This document shows positions 26,460 through 36,439 of a stretch of 64,000 nt of DNA, piece after piece. The stretch is from a virus. The stretch is taken from IMG/VR virus record IMGVR_UViG_3300019890_000003, positions 13,682-77,681 of that record. One strand, 5' to 3'. Each line of letters opens with the position of its first letter. Position 1 is the first letter of the stretch. The position numbers and the translations under genes are program-made. Under the pieces are notes generated by a model. The model did not search any database and was not told where the DNA came from. It was given only the letters and a program-made list of their open reading frames with translations.

Positions 26460-27392
26460 ATGACTATCAACGCCAAGATACTCGCCCCATCAGACCGCGA
26501 AGAATGGCTAGAGCAACGCCGCCGCGTAGTTGGCGCGAGCGAGATCGCCGTGTTGTTCGATAAATCGCCCTGGGTAAGCCCGTTCAAGCTGTCCGCAATC
26601 AAAGGCGGCCTAATTGAGGATGATGACGAAAATCAGAACATGCGGTGGGGACGCTTGCTTGAACCTATTGCCGTCCAACTTATTAAGGAAGAGCATCCGG
26701 ATTGGACCGTCCAATATAACACCCTCCCCAATCTGCAATATTTTGTAGATCCTGCTAATCGAATTGGCGCGACGCCGGATGCTTTCGTAAAAATTCCAGG
26801 GCGTGAGGGGCGCGGCATAATTCAAATAAAATCCGTCGATCAGTCTTCTTTCAGAAAGCGATGGCTTCAAAACGGCGGTGATATAGTGCCGCCTATTTAT
26901 GTCGCACTACAGGCAGCCATTGAGTGTGCCATTACTAATTCCCAATACGCTCTTGTCGCAGCACTGGTTATCAGAGAAGATTTACACTTAGAAGAAGTGC
27001 CGTTGACGCCAGGCCTCTATGCCGCCGCCGCCGCGCGCTCACTAGCATTTTGGGAGAAAGTTGATCGTGGAGAGACGTATGCGCCAGACTTCGAAAAAGA
27101 CGGAGATCTCATCCGCAACATCTACGCCGACGCGTCGGACGGGAAAGAGATCGATCTCAGCGGAGACAACGAAATTCTTGAATTGGCGGAAAACGATCGG
27201 GTCCTCATGGGCGTTGAATCAGAAGCCACAGCCGCCCGCAAAATCATCAAGAACAAACTCAAATTCAAAATGAAGGATGCCAACGTTGCGCTGTTTCGCG
27301 GGGATGTTATCGCGACGGCCACGACCGTGCATCGAAAACCGACAGCGGCCACGACCTACAGGCAATTTAAATTTAAGGAGAACAAGCAATGA
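26460..27392 (+). CDS. YqaJ/lambda-exonuclease-like viral recombination nuclease
   Basis: EEWLEQRRRVVGASEI, MRWGRLLEP, GATPDA, IQIKS. Confidence 0.9.
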   Translation: MTINAKILAPSDREEWLEQRRRVVGASEIAVLFDKSPWVSPFKLSAIKGGLIEDDDENQNMRWGRLLEPIAVQLIKEEHPDWTVQYNTLPNLQYFVDPANRIGATPDAFVKIPGREGRGIIQIKSVDQSSFRKRWLQNGGDIVPPIYVALQAAIECAITNSQYALVAALVIREDLHLEEVPLTPGLYAAAAARSLAFWEKVDRGETYAPDFEKDGDLIRNIYADASDGKEIDLSGDNEILELAENDRVLMGVESEATAARKIIKNKLKFKMKDANVALFRGDVIATATTVHRKPTAATTYRQFKFKENKQ

Positions 27393-27641
27393 GAAGGCTA
27401 GCGAAAAAGCTAATTATTCCAGTTGTAGGAGCATCAATCTTAGTGGTGGCAGTATGGATGCTAGTCGATGTTGGTTACCAACTCGGCAAGGCCACGCCAT
27501 GCGTCGACGAAGAGCAATTCGAAGTTCACCCTATGGAAGTTCCGCAATGAAATTCATCTTCCTCTATATCCTGCTCATCGCCCTGGTGCTCACGTCGGCG
27601 GCACTTGGCTTGATCGCCCTCGTTGCACACGCTCACGCATC

Positions 27642-27959
27642 ATGAAGCTAGTCAGCATCCAATCTCCATACGCAGGCAACATCGAGCGCAACGTCGCCTA
27701 TGCGCGGCGCGCGCTTCGCGACTCGCTTGATCTAGGAGAGGTGCCATTCGCCTCGCACTTGCTCTATACGCAGGTCCTTAGAGACGAGAGCCCGGAACGG
27801 CAACGCGCCCTTGAGTGCGATCATGCCTTTCTTGCCAAGTGCGACCTAGTCGCTTTCTATGCCGATTTTGGTATTTCCCCCGGCATGGACGAAGCCATGG
27901 CGAAGGCGGACGGCCTAAAAATTCAAATGACTATTCGCTATATTGGCAATTGCCCTTGA
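27642..27959 (+). CDS. Nucleoside-deoxyribosyltransferase-like (DUF4406-type) protein
   Basis: SPYAGNIERNVAYAR...PFASHLLYTQ...CDLVAFYADFGISPGM. Confidence 0.65.
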   Translation: MKLVSIQSPYAGNIERNVAYARRALRDSLDLGEVPFASHLLYTQVLRDESPERQRALECDHAFLAKCDLVAFYADFGISPGMDEAMAKADGLKIQMTIRYIGNCP

Positions 27960-27984
27960 CTTCCAAGGCATTTGCCCTCATATG
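27943..27984 (+). promoter_or_regulatory. Promoter with tandem operators
   Basis: TTGGCAATTGCCCT at 27943, TTGACT at 27956, AAGGCATTTGCCCT at 27965. Confidence 0.7.
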
Positions 27985-28020
27985 TATATTAAGCAATTCT
28001 GCTAACCGGAGGACTATGAA

Positions 28021-28707
28021 ATGGACGCCTGCATTTTTGTCTTAACTATCAACATGATGACGCCGGTTTATATGTCAGACCGCGCCACATACCTCACCGA
28101 TTTAACCGCTGGTGATAAAGTCTGCGTGATGGAAATTCTGCCGGACGAGTGGATGTCAATCCATTGGTCGGCTGGCGGCATTGGGCACACCGGCTTCCTG
28201 CATGGTGCAACCGTGCACAAGGAAGCAAAGCCAACTGAGCCCACGCCTTACGAAGAGCACGAGGCGTTACCGCCGCCGCAACCTATTGCGCCGCCCACAC
28301 CAAGTATGCCACCGCAACAGCAGCGTGGCTACCCAGGGCAGCCAATGCCCTCGCAAGAGCAACGCAGCGCCAGCACGCCGAATTTGCCACGCGTCTTGGC
28401 TATGACATGCCAGCCATCTGACATTGGCGCGCGCTCGTATGATGTCTTTTTTAAAGACGGCGATCCATCATTAAAAATCACCGGCTCTAACGTGCCACGT
28501 TGGTATCACGTAATCGACCGGCACGATAACAGCGGCGGCCACATTCTCTATGTTGCGGCCAAACGACAAGACCAAGAGCGCACACTCTATTTTGCCTTCG
28601 ATTATTCGCAAACAAACGGCGATGCGAGCGCGATCAGAGTGAAGGCGCCGAACGGCTACGACGCCAAGGATAAGTGCTGGATGGATTGGGAACAAACATC
28701 TTACTAG
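28021..28707 (+). CDS. SH3b-like domain, Pro/Gln linker and C-terminal domain
   Basis: LTAGDKVCV...EWMSI...TGFLH; GGAGG RBS. Confidence 0.5.
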   Translation: MDACIFVLTINMMTPVYMSDRATYLTDLTAGDKVCVMEILPDEWMSIHWSAGGIGHTGFLHGATVHKEAKPTEPTPYEEHEALPPPQPIAPPTPSMPPQQQRGYPGQPMPSQEQRSASTPNLPRVLAMTCQPSDIGARSYDVFFKDGDPSLKITGSNVPRWYHVIDRHDNSGGHILYVAAKRQDQERTLYFAFDYSQTNGDASAIRVKAPNGYDAKDKCWMDWEQTSY

Positions 28708-28970
28708 GAGAGTGAAATGGAAATGCTCTGGATGATAACGAAGATCATACTCGCCATTATCGTGGTCTCAAACGTCGCGCTAATCTGCCTCTTCGCGGTG
28801 GCGGCGTGGAGGAACGATCCATGACTCCTATGTACGCCATCCTGCTCGGCATTGTTATCTTTTGTGTGGTGATTTCTGCCTTCAAATGGTGAGCAAGATG
28901 AACGCGGCAAAGGGCAATCCTGTGACAAAAGTGGGCATTTGCCCTAATGGTGAGTGAACAAGGAGGAATT

Positions 28971-29282
28971 ATGAAGGACATCACTGCTAGGTACGAGAGA
29001 TACCGTTTTATGAGTCTCGTCGGATATGTCGGATCTCGTAGATGGGCAGAGGAAATTAACGCCGCTTATCTGGCGATGCGCAATCGTCCAAGGCGACTTG
29101 GAGACATGTCGGTAAATCAGCTTAGAGAGCACCTGGACCACACAGAACAGTTATATGACACATATGTTCAAGATGGATGTGAGAGAGGGCTAGGGTATGC
29201 CATCTATCTCGCGCAGAAGATGACCAGTCTTCGCGAACAAATCCAACTTAGTAATAGGAGATCAAAACATGCAAGCGATTAA
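28971..29282 (+). CDS. Hypothetical protein
   Basis: AGGAGG RBS; operator at 28932 upstream. Confidence 0.6.
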   Translation: MKDITARYERYRFMSLVGYVGSRRWAEEINAAYLAMRNRPRRLGDMSVNQLREHLDHTEQLYDTYVQDGCERGLGYAIYLAQKMTSLREQIQLSNRRSKHASD

Positions 29283-29499
29283 TACGAATGACCTGCGTGC
29301 GCAAATATTGCACGACCTAGACGACATAAGGGCTGGAAAATTAAGCAAGGGCGAGGCGCGCGTGATTATAGGCATGCACCGCAATCTCATTGAGACATTG
29401 AAGGTCGATCTTGCTTATGCAAACTCGCAAGTGCTCAACATCCGGCCAGTTGAAATTATTTTGAAGCACGCCTCCAAATTAGGTATCGCCGCAGAGTAG
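29269..29499 (+). CDS. Hypothetical protein
   Basis: AGGAG RBS. Confidence 0.6.
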   Translation: MQAINTNDLRAQILHDLDDIRAGKLSKGEARVIIGMHRNLIETLKVDLAYANSQVLNIRPVEIILKHASKLGIAAE

Positions 29500-29560
29500 A
29501 TGATGGTGACGGAGGCAGGGGCATTTGCCCTTAGGGTGGTTAGAACTTAGGGAGGTTGCT

Positions 29561-30544
29561 ATGAATGACATAGTCGCACGCGATGACAAAATTGCATCCA
29601 AAATCGACACCGAGGTCACCGGGAACTTGCCAGTCTCAAACAGCGCTGGCGGCGTGAATTTCGCCAACGCCGGGCAGGTTATGGAATTCGCTAAAATGTT
29701 ATCGGTATCGAACGTCGCCGTGCCGAAACACCTTCGGGGCAACCCCGGCGCTTGCTTGGGAATTGTCATGCAAGCGATCGAGTGGCGCATGAGCCCGTTC
29801 GCCGTCGCGAACAAATCCTATAGCGTCAGCGACAGGCTCGCATACGAAGCCCAGCTGATCCACGCGGTTGTCTTGCAACGCGCGCAGATTGTCGGCCGCA
29901 TCAAATTTGAATTTAGCGGAGATGGCGCGTCACGCACATGCCGCACATGGGCGCAGCTCAAAGGCTCTGACGAGATCGTGGATTACACCTCGCCCAGGAT
30001 CGGCGATATCAAAACCAAAAACTCGCCGTTGTGGGCGGCGGATCCGGACCAACAGCTAGGTTACTATTCTGTGCGCGCCTTTTGCCGCCGGAATTTCCCA
30101 GAAATTCTCATGGGCATTTATTCCAAGGACGAACTCGAGGAGTCGCCGCGCATCGGCCCGGAGGCCGCCAGGGACGTCACCCCCAAGAGATCCTTAGCCG
30201 ATAGGCTAGCATCAATCGCCGACAATAAGGACAATAGGTTCTATCGGCAGACGCCGGAAGCTATCGCGGAAGAACATGCCGCAGAGGCCAAGCACGATCC
30301 GGAGACAGGCGAGGTTGTTGATAAGGAGCATCAAGAGCATCCGCTTGAACATCCAGGTGTGAAGGGGATGACTGCAGAAACCGCCGAGGTAAAGCTCGCT
30401 GGGATGCTCGCCGCGAGGAATGGCCAAAAAGAGTTCACTAAGTGGTGGCGTAGACTCTCGCCGCCGGATGCCGAGCGCGCGGAGCCGTATATGGAAGAGT
30501 TCAACGCAATCCTAGCGGAACAAAGTGGTGCGCCTCGTGGCTAG
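29561..30544 (+). CDS. recT: RecT-family single-strand annealing protein
   Basis: VPKHLRGNPGACLGIVMQAIEWRMSPFAVA...SPLWAADPDQQLGY...RRNFPEILMGIY; pairs with YqaJ. Confidence 0.8.
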   Translation: MNDIVARDDKIASKIDTEVTGNLPVSNSAGGVNFANAGQVMEFAKMLSVSNVAVPKHLRGNPGACLGIVMQAIEWRMSPFAVANKSYSVSDRLAYEAQLIHAVVLQRAQIVGRIKFEFSGDGASRTCRTWAQLKGSDEIVDYTSPRIGDIKTKNSPLWAADPDQQLGYYSVRAFCRRNFPEILMGIYSKDELEESPRIGPEAARDVTPKRSLADRLASIADNKDNRFYRQTPEAIAEEHAAEAKHDPETGEVVDKEHQEHPLEHPGVKGMTAETAEVKLAGMLAARNGQKEFTKWWRRLSPPDAERAEPYMEEFNAILAEQSGAPRG

Positions 30545-30803
30545 CCTTAAAGAGATGAGGGCGCGAGCGATCGAGGTGATGGCGATGGCTATGTGTAATG
30601 TTCATGGCGGAGAAACTCCTTGGCAAGATCTAGTCGAGGGGGCGGGCGCTGCCTTTGATGCCCTCGGCGCGGCTGGGTTCATCGTCCTCGGGCCAAAGTA
30701 CACGGAAGAGCAGCTGCTAGCTGGGCTGAATTCCTATAGCGAGCCGCTAACAGCTTTCGAGACAATAGCCGCCGCAGGGGATCTCGCGAGGAAGCCGGAA
30801 TGA
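30537..30803 (+). CDS. Hypothetical protein (paralog A)
   Basis: DALGAAGF..GP...AGDLARKPE shared with the next gene. Confidence 0.65.
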   Translation: MASLKEMRARAIEVMAMAMCNVHGGETPWQDLVEGAGAAFDALGAAGFIVLGPKYTEEQLLAGLNSYSEPLTAFETIAAAGDLARKPE

Positions 30804-31069
30804 CACGAGAGGAATTTAGGACGAAGGCGCTCGATGTGATGGAGGGTGCTTATGAAGACGCGTTGCATGCTGGTGGCACAGTTAGAGACACCGTGACCGC
30901 CGCCCTCGACGCCCTCGGCGCCGCCGGGTTCAAAGTTGTAGGGCCGGAGGTGACGCGGGAAATGCTTGATGCCTCGCATATGCGTGGTGGATACGCTGCG
31001 CTCTTCGAGTCCATGGCCCTCTTCGAGGCCATGGCCCTCGCCGGAGATCTAGCAAGGAAGCCGGAATGA
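30800..31069 (+). CDS. Hypothetical protein (paralog B)
   Basis: Same motifs; ATGA overlaps. Confidence 0.65.
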   Translation: MTREEFRTKALDVMEGAYEDALHAGGTVRDTVTAALDALGAAGFKVVGPEVTREMLDASHMRGGYAALFESMALFEAMALAGDLARKPE

Positions 31070-31237
31070 CCGAAGAGTTCAATTACGAACGCGCCGCAAT
31101 TGAAGCTGGGTGGATGCCCCTTGGCACCGGCCGCTGGATCAAGCGCGGGGCTGGCGGTTGCTACGACGGGACGGCCAGGGAATTGTGCATGTTCCTCGGC
31201 ATCGGCCCGGAATGGGAGGCGTGGAAGGCAAAGCCAT

Positions 31238-31414
31238 ATGTCAAACCGTCCAGCTAGCTTTACCGAAGCCGATGCGAAGCGCGCATGCAGGGCCGCGCCG
31301 GATCGGGTCGTGGAGATCCATTTGCCGGATGGGACGGTGATCCGTATGATTCCAGGCGGCACGCAAGAAGCAGTTAAGTCCACGGTTGTGGAGAAAAAGG
31401 ACGTTAGGCTGTGA
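31238..31414 (+). CDS. Putative excisionase-like small protein
   Basis: MSNRPASFTEADAKRACRAA...VEIHLPDGTVIR, upstream of the integrase. Confidence 0.55.
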   Translation: MSNRPASFTEADAKRACRAAPDRVVEIHLPDGTVIRMIPGGTQEAVKSTVVEKKDVRL

Positions 31415-31629
31415 AAATTATAGTCGCAGCAGCGACCGTCGCCATCACCACGACTGGTGTGCCGCATGCCGATCCGCGTGGCCCTATTACCGACGATTTC
31501 AAGCGAGGGGCGTGCTACGTTCTCGATCTATGGAATCAGACACTTCGTATGCCTGACGGCACGAAGATGCAGGGAGATATCACGCTTTCTGGCAAAAACT
31601 CATTCACCTGCCCAATGGCTCCACAATGA
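31411..31629 (+). CDS. Small hypothetical protein between xis and int
   Basis: GTGA/ATGA overlaps on both sides. Confidence 0.5.
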   Translation: MKIIVAAATVAITTTGVPHADPRGPITDDFKRGACYVLDLWNQTLRMPDGTKMQGDITLSGKNSFTCPMAPQ

Positions 31630-32636
31630 TTCGCCCAATGCCGCCAAACCTTTACCTGGAACGCAACCGTCACGGGACGGCCGTGTTCTATGTTCGCGTC
31701 GGGAAGGGGCCACGGATACGTGTGCGTGGGGCTTACGGGTCATCTGAATTTGCCAGCAATTACAACACTGCCATCCTCGGCATAGCGCCACAGAGCGGCC
31801 CCGTGACGGCCACGGGCACCCTAGGATGGCTCATCGAGCGTTACGAGGATTCCAGCGCCTGGGAGAGGCTCTCCGCAGCCACAAAGAGGCAGAGGGGCTA
31901 TGTCTTCAAGACCGTGGCCAAGCGGGCAGGGGATACGCCGCTAAGTTCCATCACAGCGAAGGTTATACGGCAGGGCGTCGAGGATCGCGCCAAGACGCCA
32001 TTCGCCGCCAATGGTTTTCTGAAAACGATGCGCGTGCTGTTCCAATGGGCCAAGCGCGCGCAACACGTTGATGCGGATCCGACCGCAGGCGTAATGGGCT
32101 TTCCTAACAAAACTGAGGGACACCACACATGGACGGACGAGGAGATTTCGTGTTTCGAATCGCGGTGGCCAGTCGGGACCCGACAGCGATTGGCACTCTC
32201 TATTTTGCTCTTTACGGGGTTGCGCCGTGGGGATGCCGCAGTGCTAGGACGGCAACATATCAAGGGTGGTGTGATCTCATTGCGAACCACAAAGACCGGC
32301 CAGCAAGTCACTATCCCAATCCTCCCTCAGCTTGCCGAGATTATAAATGCGACGAAGACGGGTGACCTCGCCTTCATTGCGACGGCGGCCGGCCGGCCAA
32401 TGACGGCGGAGAGTTTCGGATCTTGGTTCCACGAGGCGTGCAAGGCGGCTGGGGTGCCAGGATCCGCGCATGGGTTGCGCAAGGCGGGCGCGACGCGCGC
32501 GGCGAACAACGGCGCGACGACGGCTCAATTGAATGCCATTTATGGATGGACTGGCGAGAAGATGGCGTCGCTCTATACGAGGAATGCCGATCGTGCGCGG
32601 TTGGCGCGGGACGCAATGAGGAAGCTAGTGAAATGA
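31626..32636 (+). CDS. int: Tyrosine integrase
   Basis: TGLRRGD, KT, HGLRK, GW, LYT catalytic motifs. Confidence 0.95.
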   Translation: MIRPMPPNLYLERNRHGTAVFYVRVGKGPRIRVRGAYGSSEFASNYNTAILGIAPQSGPVTATGTLGWLIERYEDSSAWERLSAATKRQRGYVFKTVAKRAGDTPLSSITAKVIRQGVEDRAKTPFAANGFLKTMRVLFQWAKRAQHVDADPTAGVMGFPNKTEGHHTWTDEEISCFESRWPVGTRQRLALSILLFTGLRRGDAAVLGRQHIKGGVISLRTTKTGQQVTIPILPQLAEIINATKTGDLAFIATAAGRPMTAESFGSWFHEACKAAGVPGSAHGLRKAGATRAANNGATTAQLNAIYGWTGEKMASLYTRNADRARLARDAMRKLVK

Positions 32637-32648
32637 AATGGCAACATT

Positions 32649-32866
32649 CGCCCGCACCGGATTTAACCCTAGCGCCCGCACCTCGTCCGAAGCCGAATAA
32701 AATCAACCTCAAAAATAAGCACTCGTGTCCCAGCCGGGAATGTCGGTTTAGTGTGAAAGACTAATAGAATCAATGATGGTGCGGGAAACTTCGAGGGGGG
32801 AATTTACTATAAAGGCTTAAATGGACGTTAAATTACACACCACATTCCCCGCACCTACCCCCGCAC
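32649..32866. other. Putative attP: arm-type CCCGCAC repeats around a tRNA-3'-like core (32725-32741)
   Basis: CCCGCAC-containing repeats at 32649, 32673, 32848, 32860 and inverted at 32778. Core reverse complement ATTCCCGGCTGGGACAC. Confidence 0.65.
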
Positions 32867-32880
32867 TTTGAGAGTTAATT

Positions 32881-33372
32881 ATGCCTAAGCCGCTGCCGCC
32901 TTATCTTCGCAAAGAAATCACGCGCCACGGACATGTTGTCTGGTACGTCCGCGTCCGTAAGGGTCCAAGAACACGAATCCGTGGAGAGTTTGGATCTGAA
33001 CATTTCATGAAGTCATATAGCGCGGCGATAGTCGGAGACCCGGTTCCGTCGCTGGCAGATGGCCATTCACAAATGATGCGGGTCGGCACCTCGCCGAAAC
33101 CGACGGGGCATATCTATTTCGCCAGCGACGGGCGTTATATTAAAATTGGGTTTGCTTCGAATGTCAAAAACAGAGTCGCAAGTCTGCAAACCGGGCATCA
33201 CAAAAAACTTGCTGTTCTCCGAGTTGAGAAGGGAACCATGGAGGATGAGGCCAAATTTCACGAACGATTTGCGACTCTTCGCGCTCGCGGTGAATGGTTT
33301 CGCCGAGAAGGCGAACTTGCTGAGTACGTCGGCATAGAGCCGATAACATTTCACAAGGACGTCAGGCTCTAA
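32881..33372 (+). CDS. Integrase-N-terminal-domain / GIY-YIG (T5orf172-like) fusion
   Basis: First 52 aa align with the Int N-terminus; GHIYF...YIKIGFA...RVASLQTG...RGEWF. Confidence 0.8.
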   Translation: MPKPLPPYLRKEITRHGHVVWYVRVRKGPRTRIRGEFGSEHFMKSYSAAIVGDPVPSLADGHSQMMRVGTSPKPTGHIYFASDGRYIKIGFASNVKNRVASLQTGHHKKLAVLRVEKGTMEDEAKFHERFATLRARGEWFRREGELAEYVGIEPITFHKDVRL

Positions 33373-33388
33373 TGGACACGGTGGAGAA

Positions 33389-33634
33389 ATGATATCTGAC
33401 GAAATGCTCAATCACATTGCCACGCTAGAAGAAGGCCAGAAGAGTGCATTAGACGATCATGAAGAGCGCATCGCCGAGCTGGAAGCCAAGATCGAGGCAC
33501 CTCATGCCAGGCTTGCAGCGTTATCGGCACGCATCGCTGAGCTTGAGGCCGCTATCGAAAAACTTTCCAAACACTATTGGGATCTTGAAACGGAAATGGA
33601 TGAGAAATTCGCCAAATTAGAGGCGCTGAAATGA
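33389..33634 (+). CDS. Coiled-coil protein
   Basis: RIAELEA repeated twice. Confidence 0.6.
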   Translation: MISDEMLNHIATLEEGQKSALDDHEERIAELEAKIEAPHARLAALSARIAELEAAIEKLSKHYWDLETEMDEKFAKLEALK

Positions 33635-33993
33635 GCTATTGTCGCTGGTCGTCAGACAATTGGAAGTGCGACTTGTACTGCTACGAGTATTGCGAAGGCG
33701 GGTGGACAACGCATGTCGCCGGCACTAGAATCGTAGGCGATGTCCCAGAAGTAAGGTGGGATGGCCCTAACTGGATGGATACCCATAAGGCCGTGGGTGA
33801 GTTTTTGAAATCAGCCGAGTACCGCAACATAGGGTTGCCCTACGACGGAAAGACTTTCAACGACCCGACACTTGAGACATTCCGAGATCGGCTATTGTAC
33901 CTTCGTGGAGTCGGCTATAATTTCCCGGATTATGTGCTTGAGAATATCAAGGAGGAAATCGCTGAGAGAGACGTGGAGGAGGTAGCGGAATGA
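33631..33993 (+). CDS. Conserved phage protein
   Basis: MSYCRWSSD...CDLYCYE...WTTHVA. Confidence 0.65.
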   Translation: MSYCRWSSDNWKCDLYCYEYCEGGWTTHVAGTRIVGDVPEVRWDGPNWMDTHKAVGEFLKSAEYRNIGLPYDGKTFNDPTLETFRDRLLYLRGVGYNFPDYVLENIKEEIAERDVEEVAE

Positions 33994-34509
33994 TCTGGGG
34001 CTTAGATGAAACCAACGCCTTCGTGCGCTGCTTTCGTTGCCATAAGCTCGTGGCGATCGAGTTTGACTACTGGTGCATAGATTGCGACGGATACCCACCA
34101 CCGTATTACGCTGGCGAATTGTGGGCCTATTGGGGTGCGTGATGACAATTATCACTATGCTTTTTTTCTTCGCATTTGGTTATATTGCGCGCAGCATCCT
34201 TGTCATTATTGGCTATGAACTAGATAGGCGCCGTGTGAGGCGCTCAAAATGCAGGGATGACAAATGACCGAAGTCGTATTTACACCAGCGGAAGATATGA
34301 CAGTGCAAGAGCTTTGTATCTTGCTGACTCCAATGTCTCGCGGGATGACGCCATGGAAGCCATGGACGTTATCTCCGGAATGGTGGAGCAGCATGCCGCC
34401 ACATCTCAAGCGGCACTTCGAGCTAACAGCAACCGGCAAAGAAAAAACACCGCCGCCGCAAGACTGACGCAAGCCAGCAAGCGACGGCGGCTAAGAGGAG
34501 CAATAGCGC

Positions 34510-34767
34510 ATGTTCAAGGTAGGTCAGAGAGTTTTGTGCATCATTGATAATTTCGATCCGGATGCGAGCCCTAATCCTCCTGCACATAAAGTTTTATGGC
34601 CTGTGAAGGGGTATGAATATACAGTTTCCTGGATCCGAGAAAGGCATGGTTGGGCATGGCCCAACCATTGTGAGCTAGGGTTGGTCTTAGAGGAACTACC
34701 TTACCATCTAGGATTCGATGCGCGCGCATTTACCACAGCGGTTAGTCATGATCGAAAATATCGATAG
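34510..34767 (+). CDS. Hypothetical protein
   Basis: GAGGAG RBS; FKVGQRVLCI. Confidence 0.6.
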   Translation: MFKVGQRVLCIIDNFDPDASPNPPAHKVLWPVKGYEYTVSWIRERHGWAWPNHCELGLVLEELPYHLGFDARAFTTAVSHDRKYR

Positions 34768-35004
34768 AGCATGAACGTGAGCCTGCCTGAGCACCTCGAG
34801 GTTGTGCTTGAACTTGATTAGCAATTCCTTGTCGTTATCTACCGACGAGCCAGCATTGCTAATGTAATACACCTCGAACCAGCTTCTTGATATGGTCCGC
34901 GTAGGCCGCGTCGATCGCGGCCTTTTCCATTTCCCATTTGCGCGGACCAGCTTCGATGCTCATCGGCTTCTCCGGAAATGGCCATTCGATATGGAATTTC
35001 TCCG

Positions 35005-35763
35005 TCATGCCTTGAAATGCGCCATGCGCTCCACGAGCACGGACAGGTCTAAATTCGCCGGTGACCGGCCCCTGTTGATCCATGACGCGATTAGCACCGC
35101 GTCGACTGAATCGAAATACGATTTCACCGCATCCAAGCTGACGGGCATCAGCTGGCCCCATGTCCACACATATAGATAATTCTCGTCATATTTTTCACAG
35201 CACACACAGTGGCCACCCCAACTTCCGGGCTTCCAATCTGCCGCGACGTAGTCGTTCGTTTGCCACTTGTTCATCGTCCAGCTATCCGCTGTCTGCCACG
35301 CCTTTGGCAACGAGACGCCGAGATCGACGCATCCAAACCAATCGATCGCGCGCTTAATATTTTGAGCGTCGCCAGGGTCGATTGAGGCCGTGCCGATGAA
35401 ATGATGCCCGAAGGCGCCATTGTTCATCACATATTTGAGAACGTCCTCGATCACGAGGCCGGTATCTTTGCCGCCTGTGAGCTTGTAATAAAGAGATAGC
35501 ACGTCGCGGGTTGTCGGATACCACTCTTTGCCGAAGGCTTCCTTCATGGCGCCGATGATAATGTTTGCAATCGCTGCACAAGTGCAATCGCCGACCGTAT
35601 CGTTTCCGAAAACAGGCCTGGACTTATCTCCATCCGTCCAATCTCGCGTTGGCTCAGGTGCCGGGAGATCGGTTCCAAAGACAGATGCAAATGACACACG
35701 CTTCGATTTATCCGCCGGATGCGGAGGAAGGCATCCTAGCTTTTTATTAGAATGATCAGGCAT
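35005..35763 (-). CDS. Papain-like (C1-type) cysteine peptidase
   Basis: RDW, GNDTVGDCTCAA, IKRAI, GGHCV, VWTWG. Confidence 0.7.
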   Translation of the reverse strand: MPDHSNKKLGCLPPHPADKSKRVSFASVFGTDLPAPEPTRDWTDGDKSRPVFGNDTVGDCTCAAIANIIIGAMKEAFGKEWYPTTRDVLSLYYKLTGGKDTGLVIEDVLKYVMNNGAFGHHFIGTASIDPGDAQNIKRAIDWFGCVDLGVSLPKAWQTADSWTMNKWQTNDYVAADWKPGSWGGHCVCCEKYDENYLYVWTWGQLMPVSLDAVKSYFDSVDAVLIASWINRGRSPANLDLSVLVERMAHFKA

Positions 35764-35833
35764 CAGGTCCCACCGCCGATTAAATAGAGAACAAAAAGCA
35801 CGAGAAGCACCGTCCACACGGTATCGACGAAGC

Positions 35834-36034
35834 TCATTTGATTTCCGGCTCGATCAGCGGGTAAACCCCGAGTTTGTTAGCTTTGAGGGCGGCGAGAAGC
35901 GCATCAATTAGGCCTGGAACATAGCCCTCAATCTCGCCCTCGAACCAGCCAGCGGCCGACGCATTGTCTCTGACATACTGCTTGCCGGCCTCTGTTAGGA
36001 TTGTCTTGATGTTATCAGCCGCCATTATCGCCAT
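35834..36034 (-). CDS. Hypothetical protein
   Basis: 66-aa ORF in late operon. Confidence 0.45.
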   Translation of the reverse strand: MAIMAADNIKTILTEAGKQYVRDNASAAGWFEGEIEGYVPGLIDALLAALKANKLGVYPLIEPEIK

Positions 36035-36439
36035 CCATGGTGATGGTAGGGGATGCCAATGCCGATCCCTATGCCGCCGTCGTCATCTGGGACGATCGCG
36101 CAAGCGCTTAGGACAAGCATGGCCAGGATCGATAATGCGAAGACGAATTTAACGGACGTTACCACCGTCGGAACTCCTATGAAGGACAAAGACAATAAAC
36201 CCGAAGATCGCGAAAATTATCAGATAGCCTACCATCGCAACCACATGGCGCGCGTCACCCCTCTGGAGGATCCGGCGCCTTTGTCTCTTCGGCAGTCTTA
36301 GCCAATGCCTTGAACGCATCTGAGAACTCATGGTGGATTTGCAAACTAATTCTGCCTTCTGACGTCTCTCCACGGAACCACGTAATGATGTGGATGAACA
36401 CGAGGATCCACACACCAAGGAACGTTAGGATCGCCAGCA

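Noticed and set aside
32725-32741. Complete tRNA gene
   Set aside because: Only a 17-nt 3'-end-like segment; no D or anticodon arm.
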